A DNA stretch of 64,000 nucleotides from Candidatus Krumholzibacteriia bacterium (lineage in GTDB: Bacteria > Krumholzibacteriota > Krumholzibacteriia > Krumholzibacteriales > Krumholzibacteriaceae): NCBI GenBank assembly GCA_963836185.1, contig CAWIIQ010000003.1, positions 480,001 to 544,000 on the forward strand. The letters run 5' to 3'. How positions within the stretch are numbered: position 1 is the stretch's first letter; every line of letters starts with the position of its first letter. The notes beneath the pieces are model-generated. The model did not search any database. It saw only the letters and a list, made by a program, of their open reading frames with translations, and had not been told where the DNA came from. The position numbers and the translations under genes were made by a program. Positions 50,764 through 60,118 of this stretch are shown in pieces.

Positions 50764-52315
50764 ATGAGGATCACACCTCTCGATATCCGGAAGCAGGAAT
50801 TCCGCAAGACGATGCGAGGACTCGACTCAGACGAGGTCCATGCGTTTCTCGGCACCGTTGCCGATGAGTATGAGGCGGTCCTGTCGGATAACAAGAGACT
50901 GAGGGAGCATATCGTCCAGCTCGAGGAACGTCTCAAGGAATTCAAGAGCATGGAGACCAATCTTCGCAATACCCTTATGACGGCTGAGAAGATCACGTCT
51001 GATGCGAAGGACAATGCCCGCAAGGAAGCTGATCTCATCGTCCGCGGCGCGGAAGTCGAAGCGACCAAGTCGGCCGAAGCGATCCGTGCACATACCCAGC
51101 AGCTCCGCAGGGAGATCCTGGAACTCAAGAAACACAAGGACAACTATATCAGCAGGCTAAGGACCCTCCTTGACAGCCACAGTAACGTCGTCGATGGATT
51201 CGAGGAGGACTTCGCCGAGGTGGACCGTGAGATAGAGGCCATCGGCAAAAAGGTGGAGCAGGATGTTACGACTCCTCCACCCGCTTCCCGCATGAGCCGT
51301 GAGAGGATAGAGGAAGACTTCGCGCACGAAGAGCCCGAAGACAAGGTCACCTGGGGGGATGACCAGCCGAGAGAGGATGTCGAGAGGCCTACAATACCAA
51401 GGCCCGGAGAGTGGGAGCAGCAGAACCCCGACAGGCGGGGAGCGGCTCCTGACGACATCCAGTCAGGCCAGGACGAGAAGGCGGAGCAGGAGGAAGAGAC
51501 GGCCTCCTCTCCCCAGCTCGATTTCGGGGCGGTTGGTGTCGGTGAAGCTGTTGACGTGGCTGCCTCGACGGTTACTGATTCTGAGGGAGAGTTTCGCGAC
51601 GACCGTGAGGAAATGACAGAGGAAGAACTCGAAGGCGAAGCCCTTGCCAGAGACGTAGTCGCGCACAGCCTCGAGGAGCGGATGTATCCCGATCCTCATA
51701 TGAATGGCGACGGTTCCGCAGCCGGCGGATCGGCCGGACAGGCCGCGCCCCAGGCTGCAGTGCCCGCCGCTCCGCAGCAGACGGTGCCGGGCGCCGGAGC
51801 TCCGGTCGCGCAGGCCGGACAGTCTCCCATGGCAGGAACGGCAGTTCACCCCGGGTCTCCGATGACACAGGGGACCGAAGAGGCATTTGCGCCGGCCGCT
51901 TCCGACGACTGGAAATCATACGAAGTAAAGGAATCGAAGCAGGACTGGAGCAGCTACGATGTGCCTCGCCAGGAGGCGCCGGCGGTAGCAGCCCAGCCGG
52001 CACAGCCCGCTCCTCAGCAGACGGACAAGCCCGTCGCGAAAGAGGCTCCGGACGATAACGAGGTCGAGGCGGCCCTGTCGGGGTTGACAGAGATGGCCTC
52101 TGAGCAGCCGAAACAGGCTGCGCCGAAGCCTGCCCAGCCGGCCGCTCCGAGAGCAGCAGAGACTCCTCCGCAGCGCTCGGAGCCGGCCGGCTCCGAAGAC
52201 AGAAACCCCTCCGGCACAGGCCGCCGGGGAGATCGAGGAAGAGTCCGATGAGAACCAGAAATGGTCGATGGAAGAGTTGAGGAAGAACCTTACAAACATT
52301 GACAGGGACAGTTGA
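50764..52315 (+). CDS. divIVA: DivIVA-domain protein with a long acidic/Pro-Ala-rich tail; frameshift near 52200-52230
   Basis: ITPLDIRKQEF.K.MRG.D.DEV..FL and coiled coil; shifted frame ends EEESDENQKWSMEELRKNLTNIDRDS* at 52315. Confidence 0.8.
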
Positions 52316-52321
52316 CCCTGG

Positions 52322-52615
52322 ATGAAGAAGATAGAGTCGAGACAAGACGGGAGGGTTGGATTCCGGATACGGGTCCAGCCCTCTTCGCGTAAAGACGAGA
52401 TCGTCGGGTGGAACGATGACGGGGAACTGCGAATAAGGCTTGCCGCGCCGCCAGTCGAAGGAGCGGCGAACAGGAGGATCCCCGTATTTCTCGCGAAGGA
52501 GCTCGGCCTGAAGAAGCGCGACATCGTCATCGAGTCGGGCGAGAAATCGCGAAGCAAGCTCCTCTCAGCCCCTGATTCAGCAAGAACGCTTCTTGAAGGA
52601 CTGCCGGAGATCTGA
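52322..52615 (+). CDS. yggU: DUF167/YggU protein
   Basis: RVQPSS, AAPPVEGAAN, GEKSRSK. Confidence 0.88.
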   Translation: MKKIESRQDGRVGFRIRVQPSSRKDEIVGWNDDGELRIRLAAPPVEGAANRRIPVFLAKELGLKKRDIVIESGEKSRSKLLSAPDSARTLLEGLPEI

Positions 52616-52717
52616 CAGCCTGTATTTCCTGACATTACTACACATAAACTTGTTGCGGCCCGCCGTCTTTGCCTGTATAAGATTTTTGACCCGCGGCAGG
52701 GGAGATCAACGAAAGGA

Positions 52718-53548
52718 GTGGCGGTGCCGGAACTCTACAGCCAGATCAGGGAGAGCGCGAAGTATATAAGAAAACTCGCCGACGTGAGGCCATCGTTCGG
52801 CATCGTGCTGGGCAGCGGGCTCGGCGGACTGGCGAAGAGAATAAAGGTAAAGGCAGCCATACCTTACGGAGATATCCCCCACTTTCCCGTATCGACGGTA
52901 AGCGGCCTGCACGCGGGCAATCTCATCCTCGGCGAGCTCGCCGGCCGCAAGGTCGTCGCTATGGAGGGAAGGGTCCACTACTACGAAGGTTACACGATGA
53001 AGGAAGTGACCTTTCCGGTCCGCGTGATGAAGGCTCTCGGGGCGAAGTCGCTGATACTCACCTCGGCCGTAGGAGCGATGAACCCGCTACTGCCAAAGGG
53101 CTCGATCGTAGCGGTCACCGATCACATCAACATGATGGGGGACAATCCCCTGATCGGCCCGAATGACGAGAGGCTCGGTCCACGCTTCCCCGACATGAGC
53201 GAGCCGTACGACCGCCGCTACATATCTGTTCTCGAGAAGGCCGCGCTCGACCTGAAGATACCGCTGAAGAAAGGCGTTCTGGCTGCCCTCGCGGGCCCCT
53301 GCCTCGAGACAGCCGCCGAATACCGGTTCCTCAGGCGGATAGGTGCCGATATCGTCGGGATGTCGATGGTCCCTGAGAACATCGCCGCGGTCCATGCGGG
53401 GATGAAAACCATTGGAATATCGATTGTTACAGATGAAGCGCTTCCGGACTGCCTCAAACCGGCCGATATTCGCGAGATCGTGGCCGCAGCGAAGAAGGGC
53501 GAGAAGGTGCTCCAGGGGCTGGTAATCGAGTTTCTGAAGAGGGTCTAG
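52718..53548 (+). CDS. punA: Purine-nucleoside phosphorylase (trimeric type)
   Basis: IVLGSGLG, GRVHYYEG, GPRFPDMS, GPCLET.AE, VGMS..PE. Confidence 0.93.
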   Translation: MAVPELYSQIRESAKYIRKLADVRPSFGIVLGSGLGGLAKRIKVKAAIPYGDIPHFPVSTVSGLHAGNLILGELAGRKVVAMEGRVHYYEGYTMKEVTFPVRVMKALGAKSLILTSAVGAMNPLLPKGSIVAVTDHINMMGDNPLIGPNDERLGPRFPDMSEPYDRRYISVLEKAALDLKIPLKKGVLAALAGPCLETAAEYRFLRRIGADIVGMSMVPENIAAVHAGMKTIGISIVTDEALPDCLKPADIREIVAAAKKGEKVLQGLVIEFLKRV

Positions 53549-53551
53549 TCC

Positions 53552-53580
53552 TTGACAGAAGCAAGTCTGTACATTATAAG
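53552..53580 (+). promoter_or_regulatory. sigma70 promoter of the ileS operon
   Basis: TTGACA-17-TATAAG. Confidence 0.7.
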
Positions 53581-53696
53581 ATATTGTTCTCATTTAAGCT
53601 GGCCCGGCTCGAAAACCACGAAATCGGATGACACCTGCCGGGGGCTGACCCGTGAATCCCGAACCTGACCGTGATATTGCCCGGAGAACGGAAGAT

Positions 53697-56600
53697 ATGG
53701 CAGAGAGCAGAGAAGACGCAAAGAGATACGCAGCCATCCCTCCTCAGCGCGAGGCGCTCGAAGCGGAGGCGGAGGTCCTCGGTTACTGGGAAGAGAACGA
53801 TATCTTCAAGCGCAGCATGGACGAGAGGCCCGAAGAGAACAGCTTTGTCTTCTTCGAGGGCCCGCCGACGGCTAATGGCCGCCCCGGTGTCCACCACGCG
53901 ATGGCGAGGACTATCAAGGATCTCGTCTGCAGATACAGGACGATGAAGGGGGAGCGCGTACTGCGCAAGGCGGGGTGGGACACCCACGGCCTTCCCGTAG
54001 AGATAGAAGTTGAGAAGCTCCTGGGGCTGGACGGCAAGGACCAGATCGAGGAGTACGGTGTCGACAAGTTCAACAAGCAGTGCTACAAGAGCGTCTTCAA
54101 GTACCTCGACGAGTGGCACGAATTCACCCGCAAGCTGGGATACTGGCTCGACCTGGACAATCCCTACGTCACCTGCACGAACGAATATATCGAGTCGGTC
54201 TGGTGGATCCTCAAGCAGTTCTGGAACCAGGACATGCTCTACGAGGGGCACAAGATCATCCCTTACTGCGCCAGATGCGGCACATCCCTCTCGAGCCACG
54301 AGGTGTCGCAGGGTTACAAGGATGTCGCCGACCCATCGATCTTCATCAAGCTGAAATTGACGGATGAGGACGCATATTTTCTCGTCTGGACGACGACGCC
54401 ATGGACGCTGATCTCCAACGTCGCCCTGGCCGTCGGCCCCGAATACGATTACGCGCGCGTCAGCCATAACGGCGACACGCTCATTCTCGCCGAGGAGCTC
54501 CTCAGTGTGCTCGACGGCGAATATGAGATACTCGGCAAGGTCAAGGGGCATGAGCTCGTCGGCAAGACTTACGAACCATGCTTCCCCTGGTTCAAGGATG
54601 AAGAGGGGGGCTTCCGCGTTATAGCTGCCGAGTTCGTGACCCTGAGCGACGGCACGGGAATCGTCCACACCGCGCCGGCATTCGGCGAGGACGACTACAC
54701 CGCCGGGATGGAAGAGGGGCTGCCCTTCATCCAGCCGGTAGACGCCGAGGGAAAGTTTACGCCCGAGGTAACGAAATGGGCCGGCAAGTTCATCAAGGAC
54801 GCTGACCCCGAGATCATAGAGGACCTGCGCGAGCGCGGCATACTCTACCGGGCCGAGACGCACGAGCATTCATACCCGTTCTGCTGGCGCTGTGACTCGC
54901 CCCTGATCTATTACGCGAGACGCTCGTGGTATATCAGGACGACCGCGTTCAAGGATCTGATGATCGAAGAGAACAAGAAGGTCCACTGGTACCCGCCAGA
55001 AGTGGGAGAGAACAGGTTCGCCCGCTGGCTCGAGGGGAACGTCGACTGGGCGCTCAGCCGCGAGCGGTACTGGGGCACCCCGCTCAATATCTGGACCTGC
55101 GACTCCTGCGAGGAGAAGTACTGCATAGGCGACCTGACCGAGCTTAAATCGATAAGCGAGCAGTTCCCCGAGGATTACGACCTTCACAAGCCGTTTATCG
55201 ACGACCTCGACGTCGGCTGTCCCGAGTGCGGCGGTAAGATGACGAGGGTCCCCGAGGTGATCGACTGCTGGTTCGACTCGGGCGCGATGCCGTTCGCGCA
55301 GCATCACTACCCGATGGAGAACATGGACGGATTCAAACAGAAATACCCTGCCGAGTTCATCAGCGAGGGTGTCGACCAGTCGAGAGGCTGGTTCTATTCG
55401 CTGCTGGCAATCGGGGCGTTCCTTACTAAGCAGAGCCCGTACAAGAGGTGCCTGCCCCACGGGATGATCCTCGACCGAGAAGGTCAGAAGATGAGCAAAA
55501 GCAAGGGGAACGCCGTCTTCGCGAGCGACGTGCTCAGCACCGACGGCGCCGATTCGCTTCGCTGGTACCTGATGATCAGCGGCGCGCCATATCTGCCAAA
55601 GAGGTTCGACCTCGAGGCGATGCGCGACAACGCGAACAAGTTCCTCGGAACATTGAGAAATCTTTATTCCTTCTTCGCGATGTACGCCGAGATCGACGGT
55701 TTCGAGCCGTCAGGCGAAGTGAAGAGCGATAACACAATAGATCGCTGGATCCTGTCGAGGTTCAATTCGACGGTACACGATGTCACCGCCGCCCTTGACG
55801 AGTACGAGATGACCAGAGCCGCTCGCGCGATCCAGACATTCGTGATCGACGAGCTCAGTAACTGGTACCTCAGGCGCTGCAGGCGCAGGTTCTGGAAGAA
55901 CGAGATGTCGGGCGACAAGCTCGCTGCCTACGAGACCTTCTACACTGTGCTCGAAGGCGTCACAAGACTGGCCGCTCCGTTCGTGCCCTTCCTCACCGAG
56001 GCTGTCTGGCAGAGGCTCAGGGGAGAGGCCGGCAGGACGGGCAGCGTTCATCTCGAGCCGTACCCGGTTGCGGACAACTCGCTGATAGATGAGGAGCTGG
56101 AGAAAAATATGGCCGGCGTCCTCAAGACGGTCACCACTGGGCGTGCGGTGCGCAACAAGGCGGCGATCAAGGTAAGGACCCCTCTCGCCAGGATGCTCGT
56201 TCACGGGAAATATCACGACGTGACCGGGTGGACGAAAGACGAGGAGCTCAGCGGGCTGGTCCTCGACGAACTGAACGTCAAGGCGATCGAGATCATCGAG
56301 GATACGGGCGAGCTCATCAGGATGAGCGTGAAGCCCGAGTACTCGGTACTCGGAAAGAGGTTCGGGAAGAACATGAAGGCCGCCGCGGCCGTCCTCGAGT
56401 CCCTCGGCGCGGAAAGCGTAGTAGAACTGGTCGAGAAGGGAAGCGTTTCGGTAGAGATAGACGGGAAGAATGAGGACGTATCCCTCGAAGAGGTCAGGGT
56501 CGAGAGCGAAACGGCGGAAGGGTTCGAGTCGGAGAACGAGGGCGACCTGACTATCATTCTCGACACGAAGCTTACCGACGAGCTTCGCAGGGAAGGGATG

Positions 56601-56843
56601 GCGAGGGACCTGGTGAACCGGATCCAGAACTTCAGAAAAGAGTCGGGATTCGAGGTCAGCGACAGAATATTGCTGGCATGGAGAGGCCCGGATGAGATAC
56701 AACAGGTATTCAAAGGGTACCGTGATCATATATGCAGCGAAACTCTCGTCGAGAACCTCCTCGAGGGGGAGCAGGACTGGGATAACAAAACGTCCTTCGA
56801 ACTCGACGGTTTCGAGATAGATCTATGGGTCAGGCTGGCTTGA
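53697..56843 (+). CDS. ileS: Isoleucine-tRNA ligase, type 2, with GVHH in place of HIGH
   Basis: EGPPTANGRPGVHH, GWDTHGLPVE, WTTTPWTL, DWALSRERYWGTP, KMSKS; no C-terminal type-1 zinc finger. Confidence 0.97.
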   Translation: MAESREDAKRYAAIPPQREALEAEAEVLGYWEENDIFKRSMDERPEENSFVFFEGPPTANGRPGVHHAMARTIKDLVCRYRTMKGERVLRKAGWDTHGLPVEIEVEKLLGLDGKDQIEEYGVDKFNKQCYKSVFKYLDEWHEFTRKLGYWLDLDNPYVTCTNEYIESVWWILKQFWNQDMLYEGHKIIPYCARCGTSLSSHEVSQGYKDVADPSIFIKLKLTDEDAYFLVWTTTPWTLISNVALAVGPEYDYARVSHNGDTLILAEELLSVLDGEYEILGKVKGHELVGKTYEPCFPWFKDEEGGFRVIAAEFVTLSDGTGIVHTAPAFGEDDYTAGMEEGLPFIQPVDAEGKFTPEVTKWAGKFIKDADPEIIEDLRERGILYRAETHEHSYPFCWRCDSPLIYYARRSWYIRTTAFKDLMIEENKKVHWYPPEVGENRFARWLEGNVDWALSRERYWGTPLNIWTCDSCEEKYCIGDLTELKSISEQFPEDYDLHKPFIDDLDVGCPECGGKMTRVPEVIDCWFDSGAMPFAQHHYPMENMDGFKQKYPAEFISEGVDQSRGWFYSLLAIGAFLTKQSPYKRCLPHGMILDREGQKMSKSKGNAVFASDVLSTDGADSLRWYLMISGAPYLPKRFDLEAMRDNANKFLGTLRNLYSFFAMYAEIDGFEPSGEVKSDNTIDRWILSRFNSTVHDVTAALDEYEMTRAARAIQTFVIDELSNWYLRRCRRRFWKNEMSGDKLAAYETFYTVLEGVTRLAAPFVPFLTEAVWQRLRGEAGRTGSVHLEPYPVADNSLIDEELEKNMAGVLKTVTTGRAVRNKAAIKVRTPLARMLVHGKYHDVTGWTKDEELSGLVLDELNVKAIEIIEDTGELIRMSVKPEYSVLGKRFGKNMKAAAAVLESLGAESVVELVEKGSVSVEIDGKNEDVSLEEVRVESETAEGFESENEGDLTIILDTKLTDELRREGMARDLVNRIQNFRKESGFEVSDRILLAWRGPDEIQQVFKGYRDHICSETLVENLLEGEQDWDNKTSFELDGFEIDLWVRLA

Positions 56844-56870
56844 TGGGCTTTTAACAGGAGCGTACTCGAG

Positions 56871-57626
56871 ATGCCGGCGAAAAAAGCAAAGAGCAAGGCA
56901 AAGACAAAGAAGAAGGCAAAGGCTAAGACGAAGGCCGCTGCGAAGAAGAAGCCTAAGACCAGGGCTAAGGTAAAGGCCAAGACCAGGCCTAAAGCCGGAG
57001 CGAAGGCAAAATCAAAAAAAGTGGCGAAAAAGCCAAAGACGAAAGCGAAGGCCAAAGTGAAAACTACAACGAAAAAGACAACAAAGGCCAAAGCCAAGCC
57101 GAAGGCAAAACCGAAGCCGAAAGCCAAGGCCAAACCGAAAGCTAAGCCGAAGCCGAAAGCCAAGGCCAAACCGAAGGCCAAGCCGAAGCCAAAAGCCAAG
57201 GCAGAGCCGAAGCCATCTCCGCCTCCCAAGATAAAGGGCAAGAAGCTCACGAAGAGTGAGCTCGAGGCCGCGAGAGCGAGGATACTTGCCGAACGCCAGC
57301 GTATAATCATGGAGCTTGGAAGGATCGAGGAGGCTATCAGCGACGCCACCAAGGAAAAGGAAGGCTCGAACCAGTCGTACTCGAACCATCTTGCCGATGT
57401 GGGCACAGATTACATGGAGCAGGAGAAGAACTTCTACTACGCGAGCCAGGAGGGCCACTATCTCAGAGCGCTCGATGAGGCGCTCGAGAGGATAGAGCGA
57501 GGCACCTACGGTATCTGCGAGATGTGCACGCTCAGGATAGGGCACATGAGGCTGGATGCAGTTCCCTCAGCGAGGCAGTGCATCAAGTGCAAGAGTGAAT
57601 CGGAGAAAGGCAACAGGGGGCGCTGA
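56871..57626 (+). CDS. TraR/DksA C4 zinc-finger protein with histone-H1-like Lys/Ala/Pro-rich N-terminus
   Basis: NHLADVGT coiled-coil tip; ALERI..GTYGICEMC...RL.AVP....CIKC. Confidence 0.88.
   Translation: MPAKKAKSKAKTKKKAKAKTKAAAKKKPKTRAKVKAKTRPKAGAKAKSKKVAKKPKTKAKAKVKTTTKKTTKAKAKPKAKPKPKAKAKPKAKPKPKAKAKPKAKPKPKAKAEPKPSPPPKIKGKKLTKSELEAARARILAERQRIIMELGRIEEAISDATKEKEGSNQSYSNHLADVGTDYMEQEKNFYYASQEGHYLRALDEALERIERGTYGICEMCTLRIGHMRLDAVPSARQCIKCKSESEKGNRGR
57084..57215 (+). repeat. 36-bp coding tandem repeat (KAKAKPKAKPKP x3 plus a partial copy)
   Basis: Seen in both DNA and translation. Confidence 0.8.
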
Positions 57627-58121
57627 GTGCTCTTCTTTGCCGTAGCCGCTATCGTAGTCATCCTGGATCAGGCCTCGAAGAGACTGATCTGGGCCGCGTT
57701 TCAGGACACTGGAGGCAGGGATCTGATCGACGGTGTCCTCCGCATCCGTCTCAGTACCAATACCGGCGCTGTCATGGGTATTCTCTCGAATTCAAGGCCT
57801 CTCCTGATCACCGTGACGATCATCTCGATAATCGCCCTGATTTATTTTGCCTACCGGATGCGGTACGCGCCCTTCTTCAAGCGTGTCTGCCTCGGGCTGG
57901 TCCTCGGTGGAGCATTCGGGAACCTCATAGACAGGATCGCCACCGGAAAAGTCGTCGATTTTATCGACATGGGTATCGGCTCGGTCCGCTGGCCGACCTA
58001 TAACGTCGCCGATATAGCAGTAACCGTCGGTGCAGTGATCCTGATCGCGGGCTTCGCCTTCCAGAAGGACATGACCCCGGATCCCGGATCTGAGATTGAC
58101 TCCGGAGATCCTCTCTCCTGA
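57627..58121 (+). CDS. lspA: Lipoprotein signal peptidase II
   Basis: LDQASK, NTGA, GGAFGNLIDR, VVDFID, YNVAD. Confidence 0.95.
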   Translation: MLFFAVAAIVVILDQASKRLIWAAFQDTGGRDLIDGVLRIRLSTNTGAVMGILSNSRPLLITVTIISIIALIYFAYRMRYAPFFKRVCLGLVLGGAFGNLIDRIATGKVVDFIDMGIGSVRWPTYNVADIAVTVGAVILIAGFAFQKDMTPDPGSEIDSGDPLS

Positions 58122-58200
58122 TAACTGTATTCCACTCTCCGCCTCGTTGTATTATACTGGTCCACCTGTACCTCATTATTTATTTACCGGCATGGGGAAG

Positions 58201-59178
58201 ATGAACGAAAGAAAGGTCTATACCTTCATAGTCGACGAGGAGGAATCGGGCGAGCGGCTCGACTCATGGCTGGCCGGGCATATCCCCGAACTTTCCCGGT
58301 CGAGGATTCAGAAGGCCCTCAAGGATGGCGAGGTCCTCATAGGCGGCCTTCCCGTCAGCAAGCCGTCCAGAAAGGTGCGCGGCGGGGAGAGCGTCGAGCT
58401 GCGCTTCAGTCCGCCGAAACCGGTGGAGCTGGTCCCCGAGGATATTCCCCTCGATATCATATACGAGGATGAGGGCCTGCTCGTGGTGAACAAGGCAGCG
58501 GGGATGGTCGTGCACCCTGCTCCCGGAAACGAGACGGGCACGATGGTAAACGCGCTGCTCGCTCATTGCGGCGATCTCTCGGGAATAGGCGGATATCTCC
58601 GGCCCGGTATCGTCCACAGGCTCGACGCGCAGACTACGGGCCTCCTCGTGGTCGCCAAGAGCGATGAGGTCCACATAGCCCTGAGCCGACAGCTGATGGA
58701 AAGGGCCGTCACCCGTATCTACAGGGCAATCGTATGGGGAACGATGCCTGAAGATCAGGGGGAGATAGATGCCCCGATAGGCCGCAGCAAGTCCGATCGC
58801 AAGAAAATGGCCGTCGTGCGGACCGGAGGCAGGGACGCGGTGACGTATTACTCAGTTGTAGACACATTTCCGCCGCTGCAGTATATTAGATTGAAGCTGG
58901 GGACGGGCAGGACCCACCAGATAAGGGTCCACCTGAACCATATCGGGCACCCCGTTCTCGGCGACCCCGAATACGGGGGAAGGAAATTCAGAAAGGGGAA
59001 CCTCCCGAAAGAAGAGGTCGACCGCGGCGCGAAGGCTCTCAGCCTGATCGAGCGGCAGGCACTCCATGCGGGGGAGTTGTCGTTTTTTCATCCCCTGCTC
59101 GAGAAGGAGATGACCTTCGAAGCGTCCCTTCCCGAAGATTTTCAGGTCGTCCTTGAGACATGCACGGGGGGCCGATGA
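58201..59178 (+). CDS. rluD: RluA/RluD family pseudouridine synthase with S4 domain
   Basis: RLD..LA, VNK.AGMVVHP, GIVHRLD, TGRTHQIRVH, QALHA. Confidence 0.88.
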   Translation: MNERKVYTFIVDEEESGERLDSWLAGHIPELSRSRIQKALKDGEVLIGGLPVSKPSRKVRGGESVELRFSPPKPVELVPEDIPLDIIYEDEGLLVVNKAAGMVVHPAPGNETGTMVNALLAHCGDLSGIGGYLRPGIVHRLDAQTTGLLVVAKSDEVHIALSRQLMERAVTRIYRAIVWGTMPEDQGEIDAPIGRSKSDRKKMAVVRTGGRDAVTYYSVVDTFPPLQYIRLKLGTGRTHQIRVHLNHIGHPVLGDPEYGGRKFRKGNLPKEEVDRGAKALSLIERQALHAGELSFFHPLLEKEMTFEASLPEDFQVVLETCTGGR

Positions 59179-59516
59179 AATACAAGGTCAGGGAAGAGGG
59201 GAACGTTACGGTCATAGACCTGTCGGGGAAACTGATGGGTGGAGATGACGCCGATGTCTTCAGGGACCTCGTATACGAGTTGCTGGAGAACGGCAGGAAG
59301 AAGATCATCGTAAATCTCGCCAGCCTGAAATGGATCAACAGTTCCGGCGTCGGGATCCTGATCACGGGGTACACGACGCTGAGGAAGAACAAGGGAGATC
59401 TGAAGCTTCTCAATGTTTCGAAGAAGATCGAGAGCATCCTCTACGTAACGAAGCTGAACCTGATCTTCGAGTGTTTCGATGACGAGCATGAAGCGATAAG
59501 AAGCTATACCAGATAA
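59175..59516 (+). CDS. STAS-domain anti-sigma factor antagonist (RsbV/SpoIIAA-like)
   Basis: IDLSGKL, WINSSGVG, TKL..IF. Confidence 0.9.
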   Translation: MKYKVREEGNVTVIDLSGKLMGGDDADVFRDLVYELLENGRKKIIVNLASLKWINSSGVGILITGYTTLRKNKGDLKLLNVSKKIESILYVTKLNLIFECFDDEHEAIRSYTR

Positions 59517-59553
59517 CGCAAGGGCGGCAGGAGCAGGAGGGAGATCGAGGCTG

Positions 59554-59997
59554 ATGGCCGAAGAGACTTTTGTCCTGGAATTCCCCAGCAGCTACAAATG
59601 GCTGAACATGCTCGATCTCATGTGCACCGAGATCACGGCCGGCATGGACTTCAGCCCGGACGCGCTGAACGAGATATCGATCTCCGTCATCGAGGCCTGC
59701 ACGAATGCCCTCGAACATGGCAACAAATGCTGTCCCGACTGCGACGTGAAAGCGGTTTTCAGACGAAAAGCTGACAGGCTGGTCATCGAAGTCACTGATT
59801 GCGGCCAGGGCTTCGATTTTACCGATTACCTGTTGCATATACCCGATCCTTCGGACATTCACAAAAAGCGCGGCAGGGGGATATTTATCATGAAAGCGAT
59901 GATGGATTCCCTGTCGTACGAGAAGGTCGAGAAGGGCGGGATGAAGGTCATTCTCGAGAAGATGATCGATGGAGGCGGGGAGGAGGACGACGACTAG
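59554..59997 (+). CDS. Anti-sigma factor / Ser kinase (RsbW-like)
   Basis: EACTNALEHG, D.GQGFD, GRGIFIM..MMD. Confidence 0.9.
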   Translation: MAEETFVLEFPSSYKWLNMLDLMCTEITAGMDFSPDALNEISISVIEACTNALEHGNKCCPDCDVKAVFRRKADRLVIEVTDCGQGFDFTDYLLHIPDPSDIHKKRGRGIFIMKAMMDSLSYEKVEKGGMKVILEKMIDGGGEEDDD

Positions 59998-60118
59998 GTC
60001 GTCGTGATCCGCTTGCCGCCTTCCAGGAACAGGAACCAACCCTCCCGGACAGGCGTAATAAAGAACAAGCGGATGAACCGGCGGTTAAATACCCCTGTGG
60101 ACCTGTCGGAGCGATAGA

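Noticed and set aside
53581-53696. Possible T-box riboswitch in the ileS leader
   Set aside because: No T-box consensus (GGTGGNACCGCG) or terminator is visible.
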